From positions 1 to 64,000 of the forward strand of contig JASFEO010000002.1 of the NCBI GenBank assembly GCA_050124795.1: a DNA stretch of 64,000 nt, in the 5' to 3' direction. This stretch comes from Candidatus Pacearchaeota archaeon (lineage in GTDB: Archaea > Nanobdellota > Nanobdellia > Pacearchaeales > GW2011-AR1). The notes below the pieces were generated by a model. It made no database searches, was not told the DNA's origin, and saw only the letters and a program-made list of their open reading frames with translations. Below are positions 1-10,621 of the stretch, piece after piece (positions within the stretch are counted from its first letter, which is position 1; each line of letters begins with the position of its first letter). Both the position numbers and the translations under genes were made by a program.

Positions 1-1
1 A

Positions 2-226
2 GATACTCAAATTAATTTTGTTGATTACATCATAAAAAACCATACTCCTCAAGGACATATCTCTAAAGAGGTTAAATCAGGAAATTTATACTATTGGTCT
101 CCTAGAAGTGATAATAATTCAGTCGCGTGGTTCGGTGTGGATTCCGTCAGGGCTTTCCTGGACTGCTACGGGGATCCGTCTGGCCGTATTTCCGGTCTCG
201 GGGTACGCGCCGTTAGGCGCGAGTAA
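2..226 (+). CDS. DGR target protein 1, 3' part only (runs off window start); probable CLec-fold variable protein
   Basis: Open frame ...YYWSPRSDNNSVAWFGVDSVRAFLDCYGDPSGRISGLGVRAVRRE* whose C-terminus is encoded by VR1. Confidence 0.85.
   Translation, partial: DTQINFVDYIIKNHTPQGHISKEVKSGNLYYWSPRSDNNSVAWFGVDSVRAFLDCYGDPSGRISGLGVRAVRRE
121..205 (+). repeat. DGR variable repeat VR1
   Basis: 85-bp ungapped match to 497-581; 17 mismatches, all at TR adenines. Confidence 0.95.
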
Positions 227-283
227 TGCTTTGCTCGCTTTTGCAAAAAGTTGAACAAAAAAGTTTTTTGTCGCGTAAGCGAC
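206..283 (+). promoter_or_regulatory. Hairpins downstream of VR1 (candidate DGR homing/cruciform signals)
   Basis: CGCGCC-GTTA-GGCGCG at 206-221 and GTCGC-GTAA-GCGAC at 270-283. Confidence 0.6.
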
Positions 284-496
284 GACGCAAAATTTTTTAA
301 AGAATCTTCTATTTTATTTTTTGTCCTAAAAACTCTTTGTCTCCCTGAGCAAGAGATTTGGAGATGGACTACATGTCAATTTATTAGTACATTATTCAAG
401 TTTATTTTAAGTCATAAAATTCAAAGAGAACAATTAGTAACAGTCTAGAATGTGAAATTCTGAACTCTTGGTGGTAATTGATAAATTGGCTAGTTG

Positions 497-581
497 AGTC
501 GCGAGGTTCGATGTGAATTCCGACAGGGCTAACCTGAACTGCAACAGGAATCCATCTAACCGTAATTCCGATCTCGGAATA
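497..581 (+). ncRNA. DGR template repeat TR1
   Basis: AAC/AAT-rich copy of VR1 immediately upstream of the RT gene. Confidence 0.95.
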
Positions 582-607
582 GTTTATCTCCATGGACTTT
601 ATTAAAA

Positions 608-1725
<1,118 letters not shown>

Positions 1726-1750
1726 TCAAAAATATATTCAGCGAAAACTC

Positions 1751-1774
1751 AAAAATTCGCTTTAGCGAATTTTT
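1751..1774. terminator. Inverted repeat between convergent RT and EMC3-like genes
   Basis: AAAAATTCGC-TTTA-GCGAATTTTT. Confidence 0.55.
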
Positions 1775-2319
1775 TAAACAACCTTCAAATACTTTCTCAT
1801 TATACTTGAAAAAATAATTGTTGCAATAAAATAAGTTCCAAACCAGCCAAGTCCAAAAATAACATCAGGATTTCCAATTTCTGTAAAATAATCATTAAAC
1901 CAACGAAAAAATAAAATCAGCGGAACACCAGTAAATGCAATCGCCCTCATTGAAAGTTTCATTGTCTTCGGAATAAATTCAAGCTGCTTTTTTTGAAGTT
2001 CCATTAATTTCTCAGGATGCTCTTTATATTTTTTCATCTCTTCCTGCAAAATCTTCTGTTCTTTTTTTAATTCCCTTAAAGCTTTCTGGTCTGTTCCATA
2101 TTTTTGTGCCAAAGTTGTAATCAAAGTAATAACAAAAACCAAAATAATCATTCCCCATGTTAAATTCCAATTTAATAAAATTCCTGCGCTTGGATTAAGA
2201 ATTGAATGAACAGTGTTCTTTATTGCCGGCACACTATTCCAAAACGAAGCAATCATTAACGAAGCCGCCATAACCAAAATAATAGGAGTAAAACTTCCAT
2301 CTTTACCTTTTGAATCCAT
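1774..2319 (-). CDS. DUF106/EMC3-TMCO1 (Oxa1 superfamily) membrane protein
   Basis: TM, coiled coil, TM layout; usual position downstream of secY. Confidence 0.8.
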   Translation of the reverse strand: MDSKGKDGSFTPIILVMAASLMIASFWNSVPAIKNTVHSILNPSAGILLNWNLTWGMIILVFVITLITTLAQKYGTDQKALRELKKEQKILQEEMKKYKEHPEKLMELQKKQLEFIPKTMKLSMRAIAFTGVPLILFFRWFNDYFTEIGNPDVIFGLGWFGTYFIATIIFSSIMRKYLKVV

Positions 2320-2449
2320 TTTATTAATTATTAAAAAGAGTTTTTAAAAGTTGTTAAAAATATTTCTTTTTTTAGATTTTGTTTTATCCAGAAATCTCAC
2401 TTCTTAATTATTCAATGCAAAATAAAACTTTGCTCACAGCAAAGTTTTC

Positions 2450-3895
2450 CTAATTCCCCATAAACTTTCGCATTGCAGGATTCATATCTGTTTGATGCTG
2501 TTCAGCAATACTCTGATACATCTGAAACATAATCATAATAACCAATAAAATCGCAGTTCCCGAAACTAATGCTCCCAACAAATTACTAACTGAAGCTAAA
2601 AGACCAATTGCTGCTCCCCCCATTATAGTCAGCGGAATAATATATCTATTCAAAATACTTTCTAACACTCTTGTGTCCTGCCTGAAACCTGCTAATTGCA
2701 AACCAGATGATGCGATTTTTTGTGCCTGCGCTTTTGCATCCATGCCCGAAGTCTTAACCCAGAACAATGCAAAAATCGTCGATAAAAACATAAATGCTAG
2801 AGTATGAGTCAAACCTTGCAATAAATAAATCGGCAAAAATCCTCCGCGAATTGTTAATTCCAATAAATTGGTCGAACCCAGCCAAAATGCAAAACCACTA
2901 ACTGCCTGACCATTTGAAAAGTGCCCAAGCCATGTAAAGTAAGATGCAAACTTAGCCATGCCCACACACTCTTCTGCAATTCCATTTATGCAAGGACTAG
3001 CTGCATTTTCTAAAATCCCCCCAAACAATTGAAAATTCGTAATTAAAGCTGCAGTTAAAATAACAGGAATTACTGAAGCATAAAAAAACGACAAAGGCCA
3101 TTTAATATTATACCCCCTGATTCTTCCAAATGACAAAGGAATCTCAACTTTCAAACTCTGCGCCCAAACAATAATTCCAAAAATAACCGCTGTTGCAATA
3201 ATCGCTGCAATTGCCGACGTAAACTCAATTGGCTGCTTATCAATAATCGACTGAATCAAAACAAAAACCTTTCCTGAACAAGGCGTGTTCTTAAAATCAA
3301 TTAAACAATTTCTCCCCTGCTGATTAATAAACTGAAACGCACTTGTTATAAGTCGCCAACTAACACCTGCTGCGATAAATAAACTCACACCAGAACCAAA
3401 GCCCCATTTAGTTGTGACTTCATCCATATAAAAAATTGCAAGCCCACCGAGAATAAGTTGCAAAATTAATAATCCTGTGTAACCTGGAGCAGCCTCAAGC
3501 CCCTTCATTAGAACATAAACCGCCGCCTCAAAAACAATAAAAAAGAAAACCAATAACTTTTGAATTCCCTGAAAAAACTTTTTTCCCTCGACAGTATTTG
3601 TGTCAATATTTAAAATTCCTGCTCCAGTTAAAAGCTGCAAAATAATCGACGCCATAACAATCGGACCAATACCTAGCGAAATAATTGAACCAAAATCTGT
3701 TCCTAAAATAATTGCTAAATATTCAAACCTCGAGAGTGCATTATCACTTAAACCAAAAAGAGAAATATTCGCCAAAACAAAAAACCCAACCAGCACAATC
3801 AGTGTCCACTTTAACTTAACATTAAAACTAAGCTTCTTCTCCTCAGGCTTCACAACCTCTGGAATGTAATTAAATATCCCTCGCAAATCTGCCAT
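2450..3895 (-). CDS. secY: Preprotein translocase subunit SecY
   Basis: LGIGPIVMASII, WGFGSGVSLFIAAG and SGTAILL motifs; multi-pass membrane protein. Confidence 0.97.
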   Translation of the reverse strand: MADLRGIFNYIPEVVKPEEKKLSFNVKLKWTLIVLVGFFVLANISLFGLSDNALSRFEYLAIILGTDFGSIISLGIGPIVMASIILQLLTGAGILNIDTNTVEGKKFFQGIQKLLVFFFIVFEAAVYVLMKGLEAAPGYTGLLILQLILGGLAIFYMDEVTTKWGFGSGVSLFIAAGVSWRLITSAFQFINQQGRNCLIDFKNTPCSGKVFVLIQSIIDKQPIEFTSAIAAIIATAVIFGIIVWAQSLKVEIPLSFGRIRGYNIKWPLSFFYASVIPVILTAALITNFQLFGGILENAASPCINGIAEECVGMAKFASYFTWLGHFSNGQAVSGFAFWLGSTNLLELTIRGGFLPIYLLQGLTHTLAFMFLSTIFALFWVKTSGMDAKAQAQKIASSGLQLAGFRQDTRVLESILNRYIIPLTIMGGAAIGLLASVSNLLGALVSGTAILLVIMIMFQMYQSIAEQHQTDMNPAMRKFMGN

Positions 3896-3982
3896 AAAAT
3901 AAATTAACAATAAGTGTTTTTAAAACTTACCTGAGGCAGTTAAAATAGAAATTTTTAAATATAGCCTTTTCTTAAACCAATC

Positions 3983-4240
3983 ATGGAAAAAACTTTTACA
4001 ACACAAGATGGAAGAGTTTTTACTAAAACAGGATTTGAATCAATAGTTAATTCTATTGTTGACAGATTTATGCAAAGAGATAAAAAAATTAGGCAAATAA
4101 TTTATCAACAGCATTCGGCAAGAGGTGAAAAAATTTTGAATGCTCCAGTTGACCCAGGTTCTTTACGAGGAAACTACCTCGAAAATGTTACAAAATCCAT
4201 GTATGATAAACTAGGAATTCCTCAAAATTATTTTAATTAA
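3983..4240 (+). CDS. Hypothetical protein
   Basis: 85-aa ORF opposite to the operon, convergent with the MNT gene. Confidence 0.6.
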   Translation: MEKTFTTQDGRVFTKTGFESIVNSIVDRFMQRDKKIRQIIYQQHSARGEKILNAPVDPGSLRGNYLENVTKSMYDKLGIPQNYFN

Positions 4241-4536
4241 TTTATCATAATCCCATTTTTCAAAGCTTCGCTGACAATTGTGATTCCTTTTCTTAATTTA
4301 TTAAACTCCTTCGGAGTGTAGCACAAAAAATCAACTGGCAAATCCAATTCCCAAAAATCATACATTTTTGCCCCCCTCTCAAAAAAATTCATTCCTTCAA
4401 AATCTGAACTTACTATTATCAAATCAACATCGCTATCTTTGCCAAAATTTTCAGTTGCCCTGCTCCCAAATAAAATAATTTTCTCTATTTTTATCTCCTT
4501 ATTTAAGTCTAATAAAAATTTTTTTAATTCCTGCAT
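4237..4536 (-). CDS. Minimal nucleotidyltransferase (MNT) antitoxin
   Basis: ILFGSRA...DSDVDLIIVS motif; start overlaps the HEPN stop. Confidence 0.9.
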   Translation of the reverse strand: MQELKKFLLDLNKEIKIEKIILFGSRATENFGKDSDVDLIIVSSDFEGMNFFERGAKMYDFWELDLPVDFLCYTPKEFNKLRKGITIVSEALKNGIMIN

Positions 4537-4895
4537 TAAAGATTCTCTTTGCACCATTTGATTATTTCTCCGCAATAAATTAGAAATTCTTCTTCAAACT
4601 CTTCAACATCATCTGCTTTGATTATATCTGGGTATCGTGTATACTGATAGGCAGGGCTTAGTTTCTTGCAATATTCAATTACTCTCTCAGGTGCATTTAA
4701 TTTTTTAGCAAGAATAAATAAGTCATGAGTTTTCAATAACTCCCTGAATTTTTTGATATAAACTGCCTTCAAAGCTTTTTCTGCAGATTGCTGCATAAAG
4801 AAAAAACTCGCATTTGTTTTTCCTCCTTCAAGATTATATTTAGCAGTATCAAAATCTTCTTCTGCTTTTTCAAGCCATCTCTTAAAATCTTCCAT
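4536..4895 (-). CDS. HEPN domain toxin
   Basis: WLEKAEEDF, QQSAEKALKA, KTHDL and RYPD motifs. Confidence 0.9.
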   Translation of the reverse strand: MEDFKRWLEKAEEDFDTAKYNLEGGKTNASFFFMQQSAEKALKAVYIKKFRELLKTHDLFILAKKLNAPERVIEYCKKLSPAYQYTRYPDIIKADDVEEFEEEFLIYCGEIIKWCKENL

Positions 4896-4929
4896 AAAAT
4901 AATAACAATTTAGAAACTTTTAAATTTTC

Positions 4930-5406
4930 CTAATCACTTTTCTCAACCTTTTCTTTTTTCTCAACAACTTTTTCTTCCTTTGCCAAAGGCAAAATTATCT
5001 CTCCACCAGCCTTCTTAACTTTCTCAATTGCGGATTTTGAAGCTTCAAGTGCTTTAATCTTCAACTTCTGAGTAACTTCTCCTGTTCCTAAAATCTTGTA
5101 TTTACTTAAATCAAGAATTCCATTTTTTTCATATTTTTTCAAATTCAACTGAATGTCTCGCAAATTAATTCTTTGTCTTGTGTCTCTTTTTGTTCCTCTG
5201 CTTGTAATCCCTTGTTTACCAAAATACTTATGTCCATATAACTTGTTAATTAAAGTTTTTTTATGATCAGCACGTTTGCCACTTCCACTCATTCCAATTC
5301 CTCCTCTGTGACCTGAACCTTTTCGTTTCTTTCGAGCTCCGCCTCCGTGAGTTCCCATATTATGCCCATGCATTCGCGATGATTTTTTTCTTTTCTTTGT
5401 TTTCAT
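4930..5406 (-). CDS. rpl15: 50S ribosomal protein uL15
   Basis: HGGGARKKRKGSGHRGGIG; KILGTG; AIEKVKKAGG. Confidence 0.96.
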   Translation of the reverse strand: MKTKKRKKSSRMHGHNMGTHGGGARKKRKGSGHRGGIGMSGSGKRADHKKTLINKLYGHKYFGKQGITSRGTKRDTRQRINLRDIQLNLKKYEKNGILDLSKYKILGTGEVTQKLKIKALEASKSAIEKVKKAGGEIILPLAKEEKVVEKKEKVEKSD

Positions 5407-5771
5407 TTTAAATTTAATTTAGGATTTAATTTATTAATTTTTGTTTTAACAAATTCTAACTCAAGAGGATTTAGTTTAAACCCTTTAACTTCTGATGCCT
5501 CAATTCCCATTGGATAAGGGCAGTTATCACAATCATCCCAGTATGTAAACTCTAATTCTTTTTTTCTTTGTGAATAGATTATTTGTTGATCATCTTCACC
5601 CAGAACCAAGAATGAAAAGCCTTCTGGTTTAGTAAGTTTTTTCCATTCATTAGTTTGCAAGAGATTATATCCAATAAAAAAGCCATTTACTATTTTGGGT
5701 CTTTGAAATATTCCTTGTGGAGGCAACATAATTTCTTTTCTTTCTCCGATTCTTGGGGTATCAATTATCAT
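5403..5771 (-). CDS. Interleaved orphan ORF (L30/L15)
   Basis: Fills the junction: 1-nt gap and ATGA overlap. Confidence 0.75.
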   Translation of the reverse strand: MIIDTPRIGERKEIMLPPQGIFQRPKIVNGFFIGYNLLQTNEWKKLTKPEGFSFLVLGEDDQQIIYSQRKKELEFTYWDDCDNCPYPMGIEASEVKGFKLNPLELEFVKTKINKLNPKLNLK

Positions 5772-5772
5772 T

Positions 5773-6198
5773 TCAAATCATCCTCAAAATTAATTTATTT
5801 ATTTCTTCTTTATTATTTCCTAAAACCCCTTTATCAACGCCAAAGTGTTTCTTTGTGTCAATTCCTCCTCGTGCAGGATGCAATCTAAAAAAAGGCTTAA
5901 GATTTAATTCTTCATATTTCTTTCCTTTTTCTAAATCTTCAATAACTTTCTTTGCATCAATATCTTTTTTCTTGTTTAACTTTTGTCCTCGAGCTTCAAG
6001 CAGCTTCTCAAAAGTTTCATTGGTAATTTCACCAAATGCAACAAAATCCTGAACTTTTTTTATCATTCCCATTTGCACTTTTGTAGGATTACTAAAAACA
6101 ACACAAGAATATTTTCTTCGAAGTCTCAATCTGTCCAAAGTCTCAGCTACAGGTTGTTTAACTTTTACCATTCCATGAATTCTAATTACTGCAATCAT
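5773..6198 (-). CDS. rpl30: 50S ribosomal protein uL30
   Basis: IAVIRIHG; KPFFRLHPARGG. Confidence 0.96.
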   Translation of the reverse strand: MIAVIRIHGMVKVKQPVAETLDRLRLRRKYSCVVFSNPTKVQMGMIKKVQDFVAFGEITNETFEKLLEARGQKLNKKKDIDAKKVIEDLEKGKKYEELNLKPFFRLHPARGGIDTKKHFGVDKGVLGNNKEEINKLILRMI

Positions 6199-6569
6199 TG
6201 CGTTTGTCCTCCTCTTAAAATAGCTAAATTTTTTTTAGTTTCTCCTAAATCTTCTAATAAGCTAATAGATACTTTATTCGCAAGATTAATTGATTTTAGG
6301 TTTCTATATTCTGGAATTCCAAGAAATTCATTATTAAAAATATAAAAATCTGTTTCAGGATACTTCTTAATTAAATCCATAACCTCCAGTGCATTTTTTC
6401 TTACATAAGAAGGATTTACATTTAAAATAAAAATTCTTGAATCTGTTTTTTCTGGAAGTTTCAAATGTTCAACTACTTCATGACCTTTTTTTCTAGCAAA
6501 ATCTACAAAATAATCTGATGCATCTCCAAACAGATTTCCCCTATAGCAACTAAATCTTTCTACTATCAT
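6195..6569 (-). CDS. Interleaved orphan ORF (S5/L30)
   Basis: ATGA overlaps at both ends. Confidence 0.75.
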   Translation of the reverse strand: MIVERFSCYRGNLFGDASDYFVDFARKKGHEVVEHLKLPEKTDSRIFILNVNPSYVRKNALEVMDLIKKYPETDFYIFNNEFLGIPEYRNLKSINLANKVSISLLEDLGETKKNLAILRGGQTQ

Positions 6570-7396
6570 TTCCCAACACCCTCCATTCGATTTGTTTTTT
6601 TTAATGCTTCAATGCATGCTTTAACTAAATTAAAAGTTGTTTTCTTGTGTCCTGTTGTTCGAGAGTAAACATCTTTAATTCCTGCCAAAGTTAAAACTTT
6701 TTTTAATTCCCCTCCAACAACTAAACCAGTTCCTTGCGGTGCTGGAATTAATGTAACACTAACACTTCCTGCTTTGCCGGTTACTTTAAATGGAACAGAA
6801 TGTTTGTCCTTGCATGAACAATCAAAACCAGCGCAATCACGTGTTATTTTTATAATATTTAATTTTGCCTGCCTTGCTGCTTTGTCTCTTGCTGGCAAAG
6901 TTTCTTTTGCTCTTCCTGTCCCAATACCAACGTGACCATTCCCGTCACCAACAACAGCCATAGTTGAAAACGTCGGAACATTTCCTTCCTTGGTTTTTCT
7001 CTGAGTCTGCCTCCACGCTCTTCTCTTTCCTCCTCCAAACTTTCCTTTTGATTGTCCAATTGAAATCAAATCACTTTTTAAATTAAGAAGTGAATCAACA
7101 ATTTCAGACTCTAAAATTTTCTTCTTTGCACCAAGTATCTCATCAATATTCTTAATCTTATGATTTCTAACATCAGCTCCTAATTTAGTTTTAGGATTCC
7201 AGCGATTCAATGCCTCCTTTTCTTCTTCCTCGCGGCTAAGTCTTCTTTTAGGTTTTGAATCCCCATTAACCCTCTCTTCAGTTTCTTTCTTAACTTCTTC
7301 TAGCTCCTGCAATTCCTCTTCATCCAAAACTTCCTCAGGAACCTCAGCATATTCATCTTCAACTTTTTGCTTGTCTTCAATTTTTTCTTTTGTCAT
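6566..7396 (-). CDS. rps5: 30S ribosomal protein uS5
   Basis: WNPKTKLG; AVVGDGNGHVGIG; PAPQGTGLV. Confidence 0.96.
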   Translation of the reverse strand: MTKEKIEDKQKVEDEYAEVPEEVLDEEELQELEEVKKETEERVNGDSKPKRRLSREEEEKEALNRWNPKTKLGADVRNHKIKNIDEILGAKKKILESEIVDSLLNLKSDLISIGQSKGKFGGGKRRAWRQTQRKTKEGNVPTFSTMAVVGDGNGHVGIGTGRAKETLPARDKAARQAKLNIIKITRDCAGFDCSCKDKHSVPFKVTGKAGSVSVTLIPAPQGTGLVVGGELKKVLTLAGIKDVYSRTTGHKKTTFNLVKACIEALKKTNRMEGVGK

Positions 7397-7397
7397 T

Positions 7398-7676
7398 TTA
7401 ATTAGCTAACCCCCCATATTTTTTGCGCATTAAATCAGTTTCAATAGTCTTTTTTATAATTTTTATTTTCTTTACTCGCTCTTCTATTTTCCTCTTAAGA
7501 TAAGCTCTTCCACGTGTTTCTTTAGAATTAGCTAAAATATCAAGAGCTTCACGAACTTCATTTGCCAACCCCAATAATCCGAAGGCAATTCCCCTTTTTT
7601 TAACTAAATATTTTATCCTATCTTCATCGCCCCGAATAAATTCTGCTATCTCTCTACAATATCTTTCTGTTTCCAT
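7398..7676 (-). CDS. Interleaved orphan ORF (L18/S5)
   Basis: TAAAATG junctions on both sides. Confidence 0.75.
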   Translation of the reverse strand: METERYCREIAEFIRGDEDRIKYLVKKRGIAFGLLGLANEVREALDILANSKETRGRAYLKRKIEERVKKIKIIKKTIETDLMRKKYGGLAN

Positions 7677-7677
7677 T

Positions 7678-8166
7678 TTATTTTTTATCAATCTCCGTTT
7701 TAATTTTCATAACATCAATTTTCTCTTTTAAACTTTCTCCCATAATCCTTTCTTCCTCTGGAAAAGTTTTTTCTTGGGTTTTAATTTTTATTCCAGCATC
7801 GACAAGACCTTTCAGGAATGCATGCGGCTTTGTTTTGTGAGGAGTTCTCAGCATTCCAAAATCAACAATTGGCATTTCCAACTTTTTTGAAATAATCTCC
7901 TTACCGATTAAATATCCAGTTAAATAACTTGCAGGAATTGACTTTAAACTTCCTTTATTTTTTTCAGGCCATCCAAACTCCAATAAATTTTTCGACGTAA
8001 TTCCAATAATAACTTTGTCTTTTGCTTCATGGCTTTCAACATACTGCGCAATAATATATTTATTAGTTCGTCTAAAAACAATTCTCGGTTTCTCACTTTT
8101 AAGAAGTTTTATTCTCTTGCCATAATCTGTTTTATGCTGTTTTCTTCGTCGCTGTTGTGTTTTCAT
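7678..8166 (-). CDS. rpl18: 50S ribosomal protein uL18
   Basis: KTDYGKRIKLL; RIVFRRTNKYIIAQ; ASYLTG. Confidence 0.96.
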   Translation of the reverse strand: MKTQQRRRKQHKTDYGKRIKLLKSEKPRIVFRRTNKYIIAQYVESHEAKDKVIIGITSKNLLEFGWPEKNKGSLKSIPASYLTGYLIGKEIISKKLEMPIVDFGMLRTPHKTKPHAFLKGLVDAGIKIKTQEKTFPEEERIMGESLKEKIDVMKIKTEIDKK

Positions 8167-8200
8167 TTTAAATTTTTATTTGAAAATTCCAAAAGAATTT

Positions 8201-8608
8201 TCATTTCCTTAATCCTCCAATATATTCTTTCAAATGTGCCTTGCTTCTAAACTTTTTGTTTCTAATTCTCTTTCGAATTTCAGTAACTTCTTCAGGAGCA
8301 AGTTCTCCACGTTTTTTAAGTTCTGCAACATATCCTCTGAGCTTCCTCGTCATAATAACATAATCCTGCTTTCGAGTATTAACTTTTCTTCTAACTTTTC
8401 CAACTCCCCTTCTCCTCTTTCGCTTTTCAACTTTTTTCCGCCCTTTAACTTCACGAATTACAATTGCTCCGTCAGTTGCTAAATCTCTAATATCCTGTTT
8501 TGTCAAAGCTTCTTTAATTTCACTAAGTCGGGACTCAATAAAAGTAATTCTTGCTTTTCCAACTCCCAAAGTTTTAGCTGCTAATTCTTTTTTACTTGCG
8601 AGATTCAT
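8201..8608 (-). CDS. rpl19e: 50S ribosomal protein eL19
   Basis: LAAKTLGVGKARI; ALTKQDIRDL. Confidence 0.93.
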   Translation of the reverse strand: MNLASKKELAAKTLGVGKARITFIESRLSEIKEALTKQDIRDLATDGAIVIREVKGRKKVEKRKRRRGVGKVRRKVNTRKQDYVIMTRKLRGYVAELKKRGELAPEEVTEIRKRIRNKKFRSKAHLKEYIGGLRK

Positions 8609-8937
8609 ATTGAAGTTCCTCCTTCGTCGGAATTTAATTTTTTAGATAAACAATATTCTTTAGCTGTTTTAGTAGCAGGTATCTTAAGTTTTGCATTTTC
8701 AACTTTAATTAATTCTTTAAGGTCTTTTGAAATTTGGTAAATTCTCTTTCTGGTTTCATTATCCAAATTATCTTCCTGTAAAAATATTTGCAACTCTCCA
8801 TAAAATGGTTCATATGTAATTAATCTAGCTTCAACCTCATAAACCGAATTATGGAATCTGACTCCTCTGTCTGTTGTTCTTTCTTCTGCTTTCTGCCTGA
8901 AAAAATCTCTACCTAAATTAATTACATTTCCTTCCAT
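8605..8937 (-). CDS. Interleaved orphan ORF (L32e/L19e)
   Basis: Coupled at both ends; ends in SDEGGTSI. Confidence 0.75.
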   Translation of the reverse strand: MEGNVINLGRDFFRQKAEERTTDRGVRFHNSVYEVEARLITYEPFYGELQIFLQEDNLDNETRKRIYQISKDLKELIKVENAKLKIPATKTAKEYCLSKKLNSDEGGTSI

Positions 8938-8938
8938 T

Positions 8939-9460
8939 TTACTTTTTCCCCTCCTTAACTTCTTTATTTTCTTTTGATTCTTCCTTAGATTTCTTTTTTT
9001 CTTCTTTTGCTTTTTCCTTTTTTTCTTTCTTAGTCTCTATCTTTTTTTTATCTTCTTTGTTTTTTTGTTTTAACATTTTCTTTCTCTCTATTTTTTTAGT
9101 AAACTTCTTTGCATTTACATTTGCAATTTCTATTTTCTTTTTTTCTGCTTCTTTAATTATTTCCATTTTTTTCTTGTTTCCTACTTTGCCGATTATTGCA
9201 ATATTATTTTTTCCAATCTTTTCCAAATTTTTTAAGTTGTTTACAATAACCGGTTTCATATCTTTAATTTGTCCTCTAGCTTTTTCCTTATTTTTATAAC
9301 CCACACTAACAACTGCAGGATATCCACGTCGCTTTTCACGCATTTTATTGTCTCGCCCAGTTGGTCTTTTCCACTTTTGCTTTTTCTTTCTTCCTTTACC
9401 TAACTTTGAATATTTATCAACACTTCGTCGTAAAAAATTTGGTTTTTTCTTTTCAGCCAT
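8939..9460 (-). CDS. rpl32e: 50S ribosomal protein eL32 with Lys-rich tail
   Basis: WKRPTGRDNKMR; VSVGY. Confidence 0.95.
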   Translation of the reverse strand: MAEKKKPNFLRRSVDKYSKLGKGRKKKQKWKRPTGRDNKMREKRRGYPAVVSVGYKNKEKARGQIKDMKPVIVNNLKNLEKIGKNNIAIIGKVGNKKKMEIIKEAEKKKIEIANVNAKKFTKKIERKKMLKQKNKEDKKKIETKKEKKEKAKEEKKKSKEESKENKEVKEGKK

Positions 9461-10003
9461 TTATATTTCCCTCCCTGGTTTACTTGTTATAAAAATTCCA
9501 TCTTGGAAAATTCTTCTATCTCTGTTTTTAACTTTTGTTGCTTTTTCAAAATTAGCAGCAGTCTGCCCTGCAACTTCTTTATTTAACGACGTAATTGTGA
9601 TACCCTGCCCCTTAACATTAACTTCGGCCCCATTCACAATCTTTGCATGACGAGGAATTTTTTCCCCAAGAAAATTCTTAATCACAGCTTCATTATCTTT
9701 CAAATCAATTGTAATAGGAAAATGATTAAAGCAAATTTTCAACTTATACTCAAACTTATTCTGCACACCATTAATCATATTATGAATATGCGCATCAGTT
9801 GTATTGATTAACTTCTTCTCGCGCTTAGTTGACTTGTCATACCCAATAATAATTTTACCTTCTTTAACCTCAAAACGAAATCCTTCCATTTCAAACTCTC
9901 TTGAAAGTTCACCTTCACTTCCCTTTACTGTTAACACTCTTCCATCTATTTTAACTTCTACTCCCTCAGGAATTTCAATTTCTTTTATGATTTTTTGTTT
10001 CAT
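9461..10003 (-). CDS. rpl6: 50S ribosomal protein uL6
   Basis: IPEGVEV; HFPI; NFLGEK; DRRIFQDGIFI. Confidence 0.97.
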   Translation of the reverse strand: MKQKIIKEIEIPEGVEVKIDGRVLTVKGSEGELSREFEMEGFRFEVKEGKIIIGYDKSTKREKKLINTTDAHIHNMINGVQNKFEYKLKICFNHFPITIDLKDNEAVIKNFLGEKIPRHAKIVNGAEVNVKGQGITITSLNKEVAGQTAANFEKATKVKNRDRRIFQDGIFITSKPGREI

Positions 10004-10239
10004 TCTCTAATTGGGCAAAAATTTAATTTCATTTTTGTTGTTACATTTGACATTCCTTCATCCCATGAATTTATTTCTAATGGGCTAACAAGTTTTCTTG
10101 CACTTTGTTTTAATTGATAATAACTTCTTGTTAATTTTGAAAACTGTTCGCTAGAGATATAATATTCAGGAGTCATAACTAAATCATAAAAAGCTTCCTT
10201 AAATTCTTCCCATCCCAAAACTTTAATTTTTTCATCCAT
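10000..10239 (-). CDS. Interleaved orphan ORF (S8/L6)
   Basis: TAAAATG start junction, ATGA end junction. Confidence 0.7.
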   Translation of the reverse strand: MDEKIKVLGWEEFKEAFYDLVMTPEYYISSEQFSKLTRSYYQLKQSARKLVSPLEINSWDEGMSNVTTKMKLNFCPIRE

Positions 10240-10240
10240 T

Positions 10241-10621
10241 TTAATAAAAATAAGCAATCAAGCTTCCTCCGATTTTTTCTTCCTCAGCTTCTTTGTGAGT
10301 CATGAGACCTTTATTCGTCGATATAATCATTACACCAATATTTCGCGCAGGCAAATATCTACGCTTGTATCTTTCAATCATGTCAAACTTGCAACTGAAT
10401 CTTGGTTTTATAGCACGGCAATCAAAAAAGTCTCCAAGTGTAACTTCAATAGATTTTTCCTTTGCATCAATTTTATATTTTTTAACTGCGCCATGCTGCT
10501 TCATGATTTTCAAAACTTCAATAAAAACATTTGAAATTCTATTTATCTTTACAACTTCTTTCCTTGCCTTTTTGGCATTTCTCATCATATTTATTGCATC
10601 AGCAACTACATCGTGACTCAT
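10241..10621 (-). CDS. rps8: 30S ribosomal protein uS8
   Basis: AIKPRF; RYLPA; ISTNKGLMTH; GGSLIAYFY. Confidence 0.97.
   Translation of the reverse strand: MSHDVVADAINMMRNAKKARKEVVKINRISNVFIEVLKIMKQHGAVKKYKIDAKEKSIEVTLGDFFDCRAIKPRFSCKFDMIERYKRRYLPARNIGVMIISTNKGLMTHKEAEEEKIGGSLIAYFY

Noticed and set aside
515-526. ATTCCGAC shared between both TRs and the insert 3' motif
   Set aside because: Only 8-9 nt with different flanks; too short to link the DGR to the interleaved genes.
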